From contig NC_012803.1 in the NCBI RefSeq assembly GCF_000023205.1, positions 1,500,001 to 1,532,000 on the forward strand: a DNA stretch of 32,000 bases, given 5' to 3'. A program made the translations under genes and the position numbers. The notes under the pieces were generated by a model. The model saw only the letters and a list, made by a program, of their open reading frames with translations. It made no database searches and was not told the DNA's origin. The stretch comes from Micrococcus luteus NCTC 2665. GTDB taxonomy: Bacteria > Actinomycetota > Actinomycetes > Actinomycetales > Micrococcaceae. Of this stretch, positions 19,138-28,566 are shown piece after piece (the first letter of the stretch is position 1; each line of letters opens with the position of its first letter).

Positions 19138-19701
19138 TCAGGCGGAGCGGCGGGCCCGACGCCGCCCGGCCAGCTCGTCCCCCGGCTCGGGGGCGCCCAC
19201 CACGCTCTCGCGCGGCAGCTCGGCGAGGCTGCCCTCGACCTCGCGCCACACGCGGCCGACGGCGATCCCGAAGACGCCCTGGCCGCCCTGGACGAGGTCC
19301 ACGACCTCGTCCGCCGAGGTGCACTCGTACACCGAGGCGCCGTCGCTCATCAGGGTGATCTGCGCCAGGTCCTCGACGCCCCGCTCGCGCAGGTGGCCCA
19401 CGGCGGTGCGGATCTGCTGGAGCGAGACGCCGGTGTCCAGGAGGCGCTTGACCACCTTGAGGACGAGGATGTCGCGGAACGAGTACAGCCGCTGGGAGCC
19501 GGAGCCGGAGGCGCTGCGGACCGTGGGGGCCACGAGATCCGTGCGGGCCCAGTAGTCGAGCTGGCGATAGGTGATGCCGGCGGCCTTGCACGCGGTGGGA
19601 CCGCGGAAGCCGACGTCGTCGCCCTGGGTCCTGCCCTCGTCGAAGAGCGTGCCCTGGGCGCCGAGCGCAGGGGGCCGGCCAGGACCTGCAGTGGGTGTCA
19701 C
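19138..19701 (-). CDS. MerR-family transcriptional regulator (Rv1830-like)
   Basis: ITYRQLDYWARTDLV..SGSGSQRLYSFRDILVLKVVKRLLDTGVSLQQIR. The GTG at 19701 is preceded by GGAGG (19708-19712 on the minus strand). The ORF track start at 19746 is also possible. Confidence 0.85.
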   Translation of the reverse strand: MTPTAGPGRPPALGAQGTLFDEGRTQGDDVGFRGPTACKAAGITYRQLDYWARTDLVAPTVRSASGSGSQRLYSFRDILVLKVVKRLLDTGVSLQQIRTAVGHLRERGVEDLAQITLMSDGASVYECTSADEVVDLVQGGQGVFGIAVGRVWREVEGSLAELPRESVVGAPEPGDELAGRRRARRSA

Positions 19702-19913
19702 GGGGAACCTCCTGGTGCGGGGCCCCCGGTGCGGGGAGGGGGACACGACCGTCGCGTGCCGCCGGTGACCGTGGCGGCGCTCCCCGGTGACCGTGGGGAG
19801 GACGACGGAGGCGCCCCGGGTGGCGGGGCCCTCATCCCCTCGAAGGTACGCGCGGGTCCGGGGGCGGTCAACGAAGCCGGCGGCGAGACCGCGCCGTGTC
19901 GCACCGGCTCCGC

Positions 19914-20429
19914 TCAGGCGAAGTCCTCGGGGCGCACCGTGTCCAAGAAGTCGCGGAAGTCCTCGACGGCGCGCTCCTGGCCGGCGTCCTCCTCCCCCGT
20001 CCGCGCCGGCATGCCGGCGTCCGCGAGCACGGCGGGGGTGCCGAGCACGGGGGCGTCGGCGCGCAGGGCGACCACGACGGCGTCCGACGCGCGGGCGTCG
20101 ACCCGGGCGCCCGTGGAGAGCACGAGCTCGGCGTGCACGACCTCGTCCCGGACCTCGGTGAGCCGCACCCGCACGACCTCGGCGCCCAGGGCGTCGACGG
20201 CGGCCAGGAGCAGCTCATGGGTGAGGGGCCGGGGCGCGCGGACGCCCTCGAGCGCGAGCGCGGCGGCGGCGGCCTCGGGCGCGCCCACCCACAGCGGGAC
20301 CATCGTGCGGCCGGGCGGGTCCACCAGCAGGATCACGTGGTGCTGTTCGGGCAGCTCGACGCGCACGCCGAGCACGGAGAGCGGCACGTCGCCGGCGTCG
20401 TCGGCGGGCACGGGGCGCGGCTCAGTCAT
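19914..20429 (-). CDS. Bifunctional nuclease family protein (DUF151, Rv1829-like)
   Basis: ATG 20429 gives 171 aa: MTEPRPV..LSVLGVRVELPEQHHVILLVD..VPLWVGAPEAAAAALALEGV..PLTHELL. The start overlaps the upstream merR stop (ATGACTGA). Confidence 0.8.
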   Translation of the reverse strand: MTEPRPVPADDAGDVPLSVLGVRVELPEQHHVILLVDPPGRTMVPLWVGAPEAAAAALALEGVRAPRPLTHELLLAAVDALGAEVVRVRLTEVRDEVVHAELVLSTGARVDARASDAVVVALRADAPVLGTPAVLADAGMPARTGEEDAGQERAVEDFRDFLDTVRPEDFA

Positions 20430-21165
20430 CCCACTGCTCCAGCCCCACGGCCACGAGGGCCGCATGCAGCCGCAGGCTGGCCTGCGCGATCTCGCGTGCC
20501 GAGCGGGCCACGCGGGGGCGGGTGCCGGCGTCGCGGCGGGCCTGCAGCGGGGCGACGGCGCGCTCCACCAGGCCCAGTTCGCGGTCGGCCGCGGCCCGCA
20601 GCGGGCGCAGGTGCCGGGGCTCCAGGCCGTGGCCCGCGAGCACGACGGCGGCCCGGGCCACGTCCATCGCGTGGCTCGGGTAGCCGCCGTCGGGATCGAC
20701 GGGCAGGAGCGAGTACTGATCCAGCTCGGCCAGCAGCTCCTCGCCCGCACCGGATTCGGCGGCGAGCTCGGCGCGGGTCCACGACCGGCGGCCCCCGGCG
20801 ACCTCGCGGCCGAGCCGCTCCGCGTCCGAGGACGCCGGGACCGCTGCGGTCCCGGGCATGCCGGTGGGGCGTTCGCCGCGGTCCAGCGCGGCCAGGTGGT
20901 CGGCGATGACCTTGAGCGGCAGGAAGTGGTCGCGCTGCAGCGCGAGGACGAACCGGAGCCGGTCCACGTCCTCGGGCCGGAAGCGCCGGTAGCCGGCGGG
21001 GGTCCGCTCGGGCAGCACGAGGCCGCGGTCCTCCAGGAAGCGCACCTTGGACGCGGTGACGCCGGGGAATTCGGCTTCGAGGGCGGCCACGACCTCGCCG
21101 ATGCCCAGCCGGCCCGCAGGGCGGGCGGTGGGGACGGCGTCGGGGCGCGGGCGCGGATCGGTCAC
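20422..21165 (-). CDS. MerR-family regulator (Rv1828 / corynebacterial FtsR-like)
   Basis: 247 aa. IGEVVAALEAEFPGVTASKVRFLEDRGLVLPERTPAGYRRFRPEDVDRLRFVLALQRDHFLPLKVI. Conserved position directly downstream of garA. Confidence 0.85.
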   Translation of the reverse strand: MTDPRPRPDAVPTARPAGRLGIGEVVAALEAEFPGVTASKVRFLEDRGLVLPERTPAGYRRFRPEDVDRLRFVLALQRDHFLPLKVIADHLAALDRGERPTGMPGTAAVPASSDAERLGREVAGGRRSWTRAELAAESGAGEELLAELDQYSLLPVDPDGGYPSHAMDVARAAVVLAGHGLEPRHLRPLRAAADRELGLVERAVAPLQARRDAGTRPRVARSAREIAQASLRLHAALVAVGLEQWDD

Positions 21166-21177
21166 GAGGATGACGGC

Positions 21178-21603
21178 TCAGCCCCGCGCAGGCCCGGCGT
21201 AGTACGTGAGGCGGTACTTGCCGATCTGCACGTGCATCCCGGAGCGCAGCAGGATCTCGTCCACGCGGTCGTGGTTCACGAAGGTGCCGTTGAGGGAGTT
21301 CAGGTCCACGAGCCGATGGCCGCCGTCCTCGGCCCGGAACTCCGCGTGACGACGGGAGACGGTGACGTCGTCGAGGAGGATGTCCGCGTCCGGGTGGCGC
21401 CCCACGGAGACCACGTCCTCGTCCAGCAGGAAGCGGGCGGACTGGTCCGGGCCCTCGTGGGCGAGCAGCAGCGCGGAACCGGCCGGGAGGGCGCGGATCG
21501 CGTCCGACTCCTCACGGGTGAGGTCCGCCGAGACCAGCGGCGCCAGCTCGGTGAGGTTGATGGCGGAGGTGGACAGGTCCGGTTCACGTCCGGGCTGGTT
21601 CAT
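21178..21603 (-). CDS. garA: FHA-domain regulator GarA/OdhI (inhibitor of 2-oxoglutarate dehydrogenase)
   Basis: ATG 21603, 141 aa. LPAGSALLL..GPDQSARFLLDEDVVSVGRHPDADILLDDVTVSRRHAEFR..LVDLNSLNGTFVN..IQIGKYRLTYYAGP closely parallels OdhI/GarA. Confidence 0.9.
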   Translation of the reverse strand: MNQPGREPDLSTSAINLTELAPLVSADLTREESDAIRALPAGSALLLAHEGPDQSARFLLDEDVVSVGRHPDADILLDDVTVSRRHAEFRAEDGGHRLVDLNSLNGTFVNHDRVDEILLRSGMHVQIGKYRLTYYAGPARG

Positions 21604-21704
21604 GGGGTGCTCCTGTGCGGGGGCCGGCGCCGCGGCGCCGGAGGGAGAGACGAAGGGGACGCCGTCGCCCCGCCAGCCAGCGGCGGGGCGACGGCGGACG
21701 GGGC

Positions 21705-22091
21705 TCAGCTGGTGTGCGAGGCGTAGCCCTCGGCGTCCATGAGGCCCTCGAGCTGGGCCTCGTCCGCGAGGGTGATCTCGAACAGCCAACCGCCCTCGTA
21801 GGGGGCGGAGTTGACCAGGCCGGGCTCGCCGTCGAGCTCGTCGTTGACGGCGGCCACGGTGCCGGAGACCGGGGCGTAGATGTCCGAGACGGACTTCGTG
21901 GACTCGACCTCGCCCACCGCGGTGCCCGCGGTGACCTCGGTGCCGACCTCCGGCAGGTCCACGTACACGACGTCACCCAGCGCATCCTGGGCGAAGTCGG
22001 TGATGCCCACGCGGACCGTGCCGGCGGCACCGGCCTCGGCGATCCACTCGTGCTCGGCGGAGTACTTGAGGCCTTCGGGGATGGAGCTCAT
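21705..22091 (-). CDS. gcvH: Glycine cleavage system protein H
   Basis: 128 aa. YSAEHEWI, with the lipoyl-lysine motif [16 protein letters not shown]. Confidence 0.95.
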   Translation of the reverse strand: MSSIPEGLKYSAEHEWIAEAGAAGTVRVGITDFAQDALGDVVYVDLPEVGTEVTAGTAVGEVESTKSVSDIYAPVSGTVAAVNDELDGEPGLVNSAPYEGGWLFEITLADEAQLEGLMDAEGYASHTS

Positions 22092-22176
22092 GGAGTGCGC
22101 GTCCTTTGTGTGGTCGGGAGTGATGACGTCGTCTCGCAGACTACCGAGCGGCGCGTGACTCGCGCCACTGGCGCGC

Positions 22177-23732
<1,556 letters not shown>

Positions 23733-23811
23733 GGGAGTCAGAGCAAACTCCCCGCCCGATGACGCCGATCACATCCGCGGCCCGGGCGGCGTCCGTCCTA
23801 GAGTGGAGGCC

Positions 23812-24333
23812 GTGTCCGCCACCTCCGAGATCGCCCGTGCCCGCTCCCTCATCCGCGTGGTCCCCGACCATCCCAGCCCGGGCGTGGCCTTCCAGGACAT
23901 CACGCCCCTGCTCGCCGACGCCCGCGCTCTGAGGGCGTGCGTCGAGGCCCTGGTGGCGCCGTTCGAGGGGCGCTTCGACCTCGTGGCCGGCCTCGAGGCC
24001 CGCGGGTTCCTGCTCGCCGGGGCGGCCGCCGTCCTGACCGGCACCGGCCTCGTGCCGCTGCGCAAGGCCGGGCGCCTCCCGGCTCCCGCGGCCCGTGCGG
24101 ACTACACGCTGGAGTACGGGACCGCGAGCATCGAGGTCTCCGAGGACCTGCGGGCCGGGTCACGGGTGCTCCTGCTCGACGACGTCCTCGCCACGGGCGG
24201 CACCCTCGCCGCCGGCCGACGGCTCATCGAGGCGCGGGGCGCGGAGGTGGTGGGCGCGGCCTGCCTGCTGGAGCTCACGGCCCTCGGCGGCCGGGCCGTC
24301 GTGCCGGACACGCACGTGCTGTTCGCGGCCTGA
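23812..24333 (+). CDS. apt: Adenine phosphoribosyltransferase
   Basis: GTG 23812, 173 aa. PGVAFQDITPLL, GLEARGFLL, PRPP-binding loop VLLLDDVLATGGT. Confidence 0.9.
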   Translation: MSATSEIARARSLIRVVPDHPSPGVAFQDITPLLADARALRACVEALVAPFEGRFDLVAGLEARGFLLAGAAAVLTGTGLVPLRKAGRLPAPAARADYTLEYGTASIEVSEDLRAGSRVLLLDDVLATGGTLAAGRRLIEARGAEVVGAACLLELTALGGRAVVPDTHVLFAA

Positions 24334-24397
24334 ACCGCCCCGCCTCACCCGATGGGGAGTGGCGGGCCGGGCGGCCCGCCCCGGGTACGACGAAGCC

Positions 24398-24420
24398 GGA
24401 GCCTTGCACTGCAGGGCTCC
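24398..24420 (+). terminator. Possible apt terminator hairpin
   Basis: GGAGCC-ttgcactgcag-GGCTCC followed by GCTTTGG. Confidence 0.35.
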
Positions 24421-24430
24421 GCTTTGGTCG

Positions 24431-24445
24431 ACGTGGTCGGGCTAG
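24431..24445. repeat. Left copy of the 15-bp direct repeat ACGTGGTCGGGCTAG (att-like copy of the tRNA-Pro 3' end)
   Basis: Identical to 31196-31210. The last 1-3 nt overlap the terminus of the IS5-type element. Confidence 0.9.
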
Positions 24446-24953
24446 GGCATGTCTGACAATCGTTTTGACCATGCGAGCACAGCATTCAGGACCACAGCGG
24501 CCCTGTAGATGATCGCGTACTTGTCATACCGGGTCGCCAGGCCCCGCCACTGCTTCAGGTGAGCGTACTGACGCTCGATGACGTTGCGGCCCTTGTAGGC
24601 GTCCGCGTCGAGGCTGACGGGGCGCCCGCCGCGGGCACCGCGCCGTCTGCGGTGGCCCTGCTGGTCGGCCGGTTCGGGGATGACCGCTTTGATCCCACGG
24701 GCACGTAGGTGGGTGCGGATCGCCCGGGAGGAGTACGCCTTATCGCCCAGCACGGCCTCGGGGCGGGTCCGGGGGCCGCCCTACTGGCCGGGTCACGCGC
24801 AGCTGCTCCAGAAGAGGAAGCAGCATCGGGGAGTCCCCTGCCTGGCCGGGGGTGATCAGGCTGACCAGCGGCAGCCCGGTCCCATCGACGAGCTGATGGA
24901 TCTTCGTGCTCAGCCCGCCACGGGAGCGCCCGATGCCGTGATCGGCCGGCTCC
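24442..24953 (-). pseudogene. IS5-family transposase DDE segment, split over two further frames
   Basis: The middle part REEPADHGIGRSRGGLSTKIHQLVDGTGLPLVSLITPGQAGDSPMLLPLLEQLRV is in one frame. The C-terminal part VLGDKAYSSRAIRTHLRARGIKAVIPEP..YKGRNVIERQYAHLKQWRGLATRYDK is in another. The break coincides with the G5 run at 24771-24775. With G4 the text reads ..RPVGRPRTRPEAVLGDKAYSS. Confidence 0.75.
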
Positions 24954-25386
24954 TCACGCGGATTCTTGTAGTTCGATCCATCCCCCTGTGTGGCGGGTGA
25001 TGTTCGTCGCGTGCTGGTGGGCGCGGGCGATCGTGGAGTCCACCGAGACCGACCAATCGATCAGGCCTTCGGCGTCAGCGGCGGCGGTCAGCGTGGCCAG
25101 CACCGTGTCCCAGGTGCCTTTTTCGGCCAAGCGCCGATGCCAGGTCCACACGGTCTGCCAGGGCCCGTAGACCTCGGGCAGATCCCTCCAAGCGATTCCG
25201 CACCGGTACCGGTAGATGATCGCCTCCACCATGGTGCGGGCGTCGGCGAACGGCCTGCCGGCGCGGCCGGTCCGGGTCGGGAGCATGGGGGCGATCAACT
25301 CCCATTGGGCGTCGGAGAGCATCTGGAACCGGGACATGTCCCCAGGGTCTCAGCTGACTCGTGCATCTATTCTCAGACACGCCCTA
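24443..25386 (-). mobile_element. IS5-family (IS427-group-like) insertion sequence, about 0.94 kb, transposase decayed
   Basis: Imperfect terminal IRs TAGGGCATGTCTGACAATCG (24443-24462) and the reverse complement of 25367-25386, TAGGGCGTGTCTGAGAATAG (17/20 match). If the element proper is GGGC..GCCC, it is flanked by a TA/TA duplication. It encloses transposase segments in three frames. Confidence 0.8.
24954..25337 (-). CDS. IS5-family transposase, N-terminal (OrfA / DUF4096-type) segment
   Basis: MSRFQMLSDAQWELIAPMLP..AIIYRYRCGIAWRDLPEVYGPWQTVWTWHRRL..VDSTIARAHQHA. Confidence 0.85.
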   Translation of the reverse strand: MSRFQMLSDAQWELIAPMLPTRTGRAGRPFADARTMVEAIIYRYRCGIAWRDLPEVYGPWQTVWTWHRRLAEKGTWDTVLATLTAAADAEGLIDWSVSVDSTIARAHQHATNITRHTGGWIELQESA

Positions 25387-25438
25387 AGACGTTGCTCAAG
25401 CATGTGCGGCTCTCGCGAGCGGGCTTCCGTGCCGAGTG

Positions 25439-26350
25439 CTACCAGCTCAGGTCGTGACAGCCGTCGCTGCCGGCGCCCTCCACTTGCAAGGTGGCATGGG
25501 CGATACCGTAACGGTCGCGCAGCACCCGGCGCGCGCCGGCAAGCACGGCGCCGTGGTCCGCGCCCTGGTCAGCGACCAGGTGGGCCGTGGCCACGTTCAT
25601 CCCCGACGTCAGGGTCCACAGGTGCAGGTCGTGGACCTCCTCCACCCCCTCGACCGCGTCCAGGTCACCGGTGACGTCCTCCGGGTCCACCCCTTCCGGG
25701 GCGTGCTGGCCCAGCACCGCGATCACCTGCCTGCCCAGAACCACCGCCCGGATGATGACGAAGACCGCGATGAGCGCCGCGACCACGACGTCCCAGATCG
25801 GCTGGCCGGTGAGGATGATCAGCACGCCGGCGACCATGACACCCACCGACCCGGCGGCGTCGGCGATCACCTCGTAGTAGGCGCCCTTGACGTTCAGGCT
25901 GTCCTTGGCCCCGCTGCGCAGCAGCAGCATGGAGATGATGTTGATCACCAGGCCGGCGAAGCCGACCGCGAGCATGGCGCCGGAGGCCACCTCCGGCGCG
26001 TCGCCCAGCCGGCTGATGGCCTCGACCACCACGTACACCCCGACCGCGAGCATCGCCAGCACCGCCAACGCCGAGGCGAACACCTCGGCCCGGTAGGAGC
26101 CATAGGTGCGTGGCCCCGTGGAGTCTGGCCGGCTCGCGATGCGCGTCGCCAGCAGCGCCGCACCCAGCACCACCACATCGGCAGCCATGTGCCCGGCATC
26201 CGACAGCAGCGCCAACGACCCCGACACCAGCCCCGCGACCAGCTCGATCAGGAAGAAGCCCGCCGTCAGGGCGAACGCCCCCGCCAGCCGCCGACGGTAG
26301 CGGCCACCGGCATGCCCGGTCGCCGGGGCATGGCTGTGTCCCGCCCCCAT
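25439..26350 (-). CDS. czcD: Cation diffusion facilitator (CDF) divalent-metal efflux transporter (CzcD/ZitB-like)
   Basis: 303 aa. His-rich N-terminus GHSHAPATGH, TM2 motif LALLSDAGHMAADV, six TM segments, C-terminal cytoplasmic domain HDLHLWTLTSG. Confidence 0.9.
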   Translation of the reverse strand: MGAGHSHAPATGHAGGRYRRRLAGAFALTAGFFLIELVAGLVSGSLALLSDAGHMAADVVVLGAALLATRIASRPDSTGPRTYGSYRAEVFASALAVLAMLAVGVYVVVEAISRLGDAPEVASGAMLAVGFAGLVINIISMLLLRSGAKDSLNVKGAYYEVIADAAGSVGVMVAGVLIILTGQPIWDVVVAALIAVFVIIRAVVLGRQVIAVLGQHAPEGVDPEDVTGDLDAVEGVEEVHDLHLWTLTSGMNVATAHLVADQGADHGAVLAGARRVLRDRYGIAHATLQVEGAGSDGCHDLSW

Positions 26351-26724
26351 CAGCCCTGCCCCTCGTGGCGGGCGTGCTCACGGGAGACGTCCAGCAGCAT
26401 CCGCACATGCCCGTCAGCGAGGCGGTAGTACACCATCCGCCCCTCCCGGCGGCTCTCGACCACCCCAGCGGTACGCAGCACCCGCAGCACCTGGGACACC
26501 GACGCCTCCGCGACATCTACCGACGCCGCCAGGTCACACACGCACAGCTCGCCGGCCTCCAGCAACGCATACAGCGCCCGGGCACGGCGCGGGTCCCCCA
26601 GGAGCTTGAACAGCCCGGCCAACCTGCCGGCCTCGCGCTCGTCGGGGATCCTCTCCCGGGTCAGCGCCACCTTCTCCGGATGGACGGCGGTGACCTGACA
26701 CGAATCCAACGGCGTCACACTCAT
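26350..26724 (-). CDS. ArsR/SmtB-family metalloregulator
   Basis: LFKLLGDPRRARALYALL, ELCVCDLA (alpha3 Cys site), wHTH SVSQVLRVLRTAGVV, and an alpha5-type DGH-x10-HARH tail. The stop shares one nt with the CDF ATG (TGATG). The start could be GTG 26739. Confidence 0.9.
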   Translation of the reverse strand: MSVTPLDSCQVTAVHPEKVALTRERIPDEREAGRLAGLFKLLGDPRRARALYALLEAGELCVCDLAASVDVAEASVSQVLRVLRTAGVVESRREGRMVYYRLADGHVRMLLDVSREHARHEGQG

Positions 26725-26742
26725 GCCACGACCATACACCTA

Positions 26743-26756
26743 TGCAGATATCAGCA
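26743..26756. promoter_or_regulatory. Candidate ArsR operator (imperfect palindrome) in the divergent intergenic region
   Basis: TGCAGATATCAGCA: 6 of 7 pairs are complementary around GATATC. It lies 19 nt upstream of the arsR ATG at 26724 and between the two divergent arsR-type genes. Confidence 0.3.
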
Positions 26757-26802
26757 GCGGGAGCCACACACGAGAGGTCAGCAGGTTCTGTATGGTCAGC
26801 GC

Positions 26803-26930
26803 ATGCTGACTATTGCTTCGCGGCTGGACGTGATGAACCGGCTGGGCCGGGCGATGGCCGACCCGACCCGCTCCCGCATCCTCATGACACTCCTCGAGGG
26901 CCCGAGCTACCCGGCGGTACTCGCCCGCGA
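26803..26930 (+). pseudogene. Truncated second ArsR-family regulator (N-terminal ~43 codons only)
   Basis: MLTIASRLDVMNRLGRAMADPTRSRILMTLLEGPSYPAVLARD, after which the similarity stops abruptly where IS256-family remnant DNA begins. Confidence 0.65.
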
Positions 26931-26935
26931 CCAAG

Positions 26936-27587
26936 GTGTTGTGGGTCATGAGGTTCTTGCCACGAGGCCCGGGCTGAGATGAGACGAGCGGGCCTCTCCC
27001 GCAGGATGGAAGTTCCTACACCACCCACGGCGGTGTGCCCGAAGTCGCAGTGGCCCGCGGTGAAAGCGCTGCTGCACAGCGTCTACACCCAGCCCGACGT
27101 CGAGGCGGTGATCGCCCAGTACGAGCACATGATCGACAGCCTGGCCACCCATCTGCCGGCCGCTGCCGAGCACCTCGAGGGCGCCCGCGATGAGGTGCTC
27201 ACGTTCACGAAGTTCCCGTAAGGAGGTGTGGAAGAAGATCTGGTCGAACAACCCGAACGAACGGCTCAACAAGGAGATCCGGAGACGCACCGACGTCGTC
27301 GGCATCTTCCCCAGCCGAGTCGCGGTGATTAGACTCCTCGGCGCGGTGCTGGCCGAGCAGCACGACGAATGGACCGAATCACGGCGCTACATGAGCCTGG
27401 AATTGCTGACCGCGACCGACACGATGCTCGCCGAAGCAGCCGCGAAAGCCGCGGCTGAACAAGCCGCCCTACAGGTCAGCGACACCATGACCGACGACCC
27501 CGGCCAAGCGGCACTCGCCGCCTGACAACCCACCCGACCACGAGGAACCCGACAAAGCCTCGATACACCACTCAAAAGGACTTGACC
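26936..27587 (+). mobile_element. 5'-truncated IS256-family remnant with its right terminal repeat
   Basis: The right end CGATACACCACTCAAAAGGACTTGACC (27561-27587) has reverse complement GGTCAAGTCCTTTTGAGTGGTGTATCG, which resembles IS256-type termini (AAGTCC..TGTGTA). The left boundary is approximate. Confidence 0.55.
26979..27525 (+). pseudogene. IS256-family (Mutator-type) transposase, C-terminal third only, with a 1-nt frameshift
   Basis: [38 protein letters not shown] then, in the +1 frame, [51 protein letters not shown]. The break is at about 27219. No N-terminal two-thirds is present. Confidence 0.8.
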
Positions 27588-27920
27588 ATGGCTATGCCCG
27601 AGACCGACCTGCTGCGCATCGGCCGCTGGTGCCGTGAACGCGTGCCCGAGCACCTGTGGGATCAGGTGAGAGTAGAAGCCGAGATCGCCGACCGGCACGT
27701 CACGATCATCGAGACGCGGCCGCCGTGGGACGGGCAGGGCGACTGGACGCGGTTCCCGGTCGCGCGCCTGCGATACACCGTCAAGACCGGCCAGTGGAGC
27801 ATCTACTGGTGTGACCGGCACATGAAGTTCCACGAGTACACGAAGAGGCGCCCGACGAAGAACGTCCAGAGTCTGCTCGACTACATCGGCAGCCACCAGG
27901 ATCCGATCTTCTGGGGCTGA
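27588..27920 (+). CDS. DUF3024-like protein of unknown function
   Basis: About 110 aa: RHVTIIETRPPWDGQGDWTRFPVARLRYTVKTGQWSIYWCDRHMKFHEY..LLDYIGSHQDPIFWG matches my memory of the DUF3024 pattern. The ATG at 27588 directly abuts the IS256-remnant terminus (alternative starts TTG 27582, ATG 27594). Codon usage is less GC3-biased than in the core genes. Confidence 0.65.
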   Translation: MAMPETDLLRIGRWCRERVPEHLWDQVRVEAEIADRHVTIIETRPPWDGQGDWTRFPVARLRYTVKTGQWSIYWCDRHMKFHEYTKRRPTKNVQSLLDYIGSHQDPIFWG

Positions 27921-27934
27921 GAGCTCCCACGGCC

Positions 27935-28162
27935 GTGTCGGTACTCACCGCTACGGTCGGGAGTATGAGCGAAGAGCAATGGGATGAAGCGGCCTTCCGC
28001 GCATCGATCCCGGCCGCGCGCGAGAAGGTTGAGTTTGCCGCTAGGTTCTGCGAGATCGGCCCCTCACAGCCCCGCTGGGATAGTCACCGTCCCGTCGTCG
28101 AGTTGATCTTCTATCTCTGCAAGCTCGACTACGACATCAAGGTGCTCCTGCTGCCTTCCTGA
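27935..28162 (+). CDS. Orphan hypothetical ORF (75 aa; possibly from ATG 27965)
   Basis: Open frame in a lower-GC patch that ends 5 nt before the IS3 left IR. No recognisable motif and no convincing RBS. Confidence 0.3.
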   Translation: MSVLTATVGSMSEEQWDEAAFRASIPAAREKVEFAARFCEIGPSQPRWDSHRPVVELIFYLCKLDYDIKVLLLPS

Positions 28163-28221
28163 CCGATTGAAGCGCCCTGGGTTTGTTGGAGGCTCCTGAC
28201 CTTGGAAACGAGGATGGAGTT

Positions 28222-28566
28222 ATGCCGAAAGAGCAGACAGCGGGGAAGCCGACGACGCGTCGGTATTCGCCGGAGGAGAAGGCCGCGGCGGTCCGGATGG
28301 TGCGGACGCTGCGTGCCGAGCTGGGAACCGAGCACGGGACTGTGCAGCGGGTCGCGACGCAGCTCGGATACGGGGTCGAGTCCGTGCGGAGGTGGGTCAA
28401 GCAAGCCGACATCGACGACGGCGTCACCTCTGGCGTGAGCAGCGCTGAGGCGCAGCGGATACGTGAACTGGAGCAGGAGGTCCGGGAGTTGCGACGGGCC
28501 AACGAGGTCCTCAAGCGTGCCGCGTCTTTCTTCGGGGCGGAGCTCGACCGCCACTACCGGAAGTAG
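28222..28566 (+). CDS. IS3-family transposase OrfA (HTH + leucine zipper)
   Basis: MPKEQTAGKPTTRRYSPEEKAAAVRMV..VQRVATQLGYGVESVRRWVKQ..RIRELEQEVRELRRANEVLKRAASFF. AGGATGGAG lies upstream of the ATG. Confidence 0.85.
   Translation: MPKEQTAGKPTTRRYSPEEKAAAVRMVRTLRAELGTEHGTVQRVATQLGYGVESVRRWVKQADIDDGVTSGVSSAEAQRIRELEQEVRELRRANEVLKRAASFFGAELDRHYRK

Noticed and set aside
19018-21726. 902-aa plus-strand ORF
   Set aside because: It is antisense to five compact, motif-bearing minus-strand genes (merR, DUF151 nuclease, merR, garA, part of gcvH) and has low-complexity content.
22092-22176. Glycine riboswitch upstream of gcvH
   Set aside because: Only 85 nt separate gcvH from the dtpT stop, which is too short for a glycine aptamer. 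I did not see the conserved aptamer cores.
26946-27896. Minus-strand ORFs of 119 aa and 169 aa
   Set aside because: They are antisense to the IS256 remnant and the DUF3024-like gene respectively and show no motifs.
28129-28554. Minus-strand ORFs of 141 aa and 125 aa
   Set aside because: They are antisense to IS3 orfA, which has a clear HTH/leucine-zipper transposase sequence.
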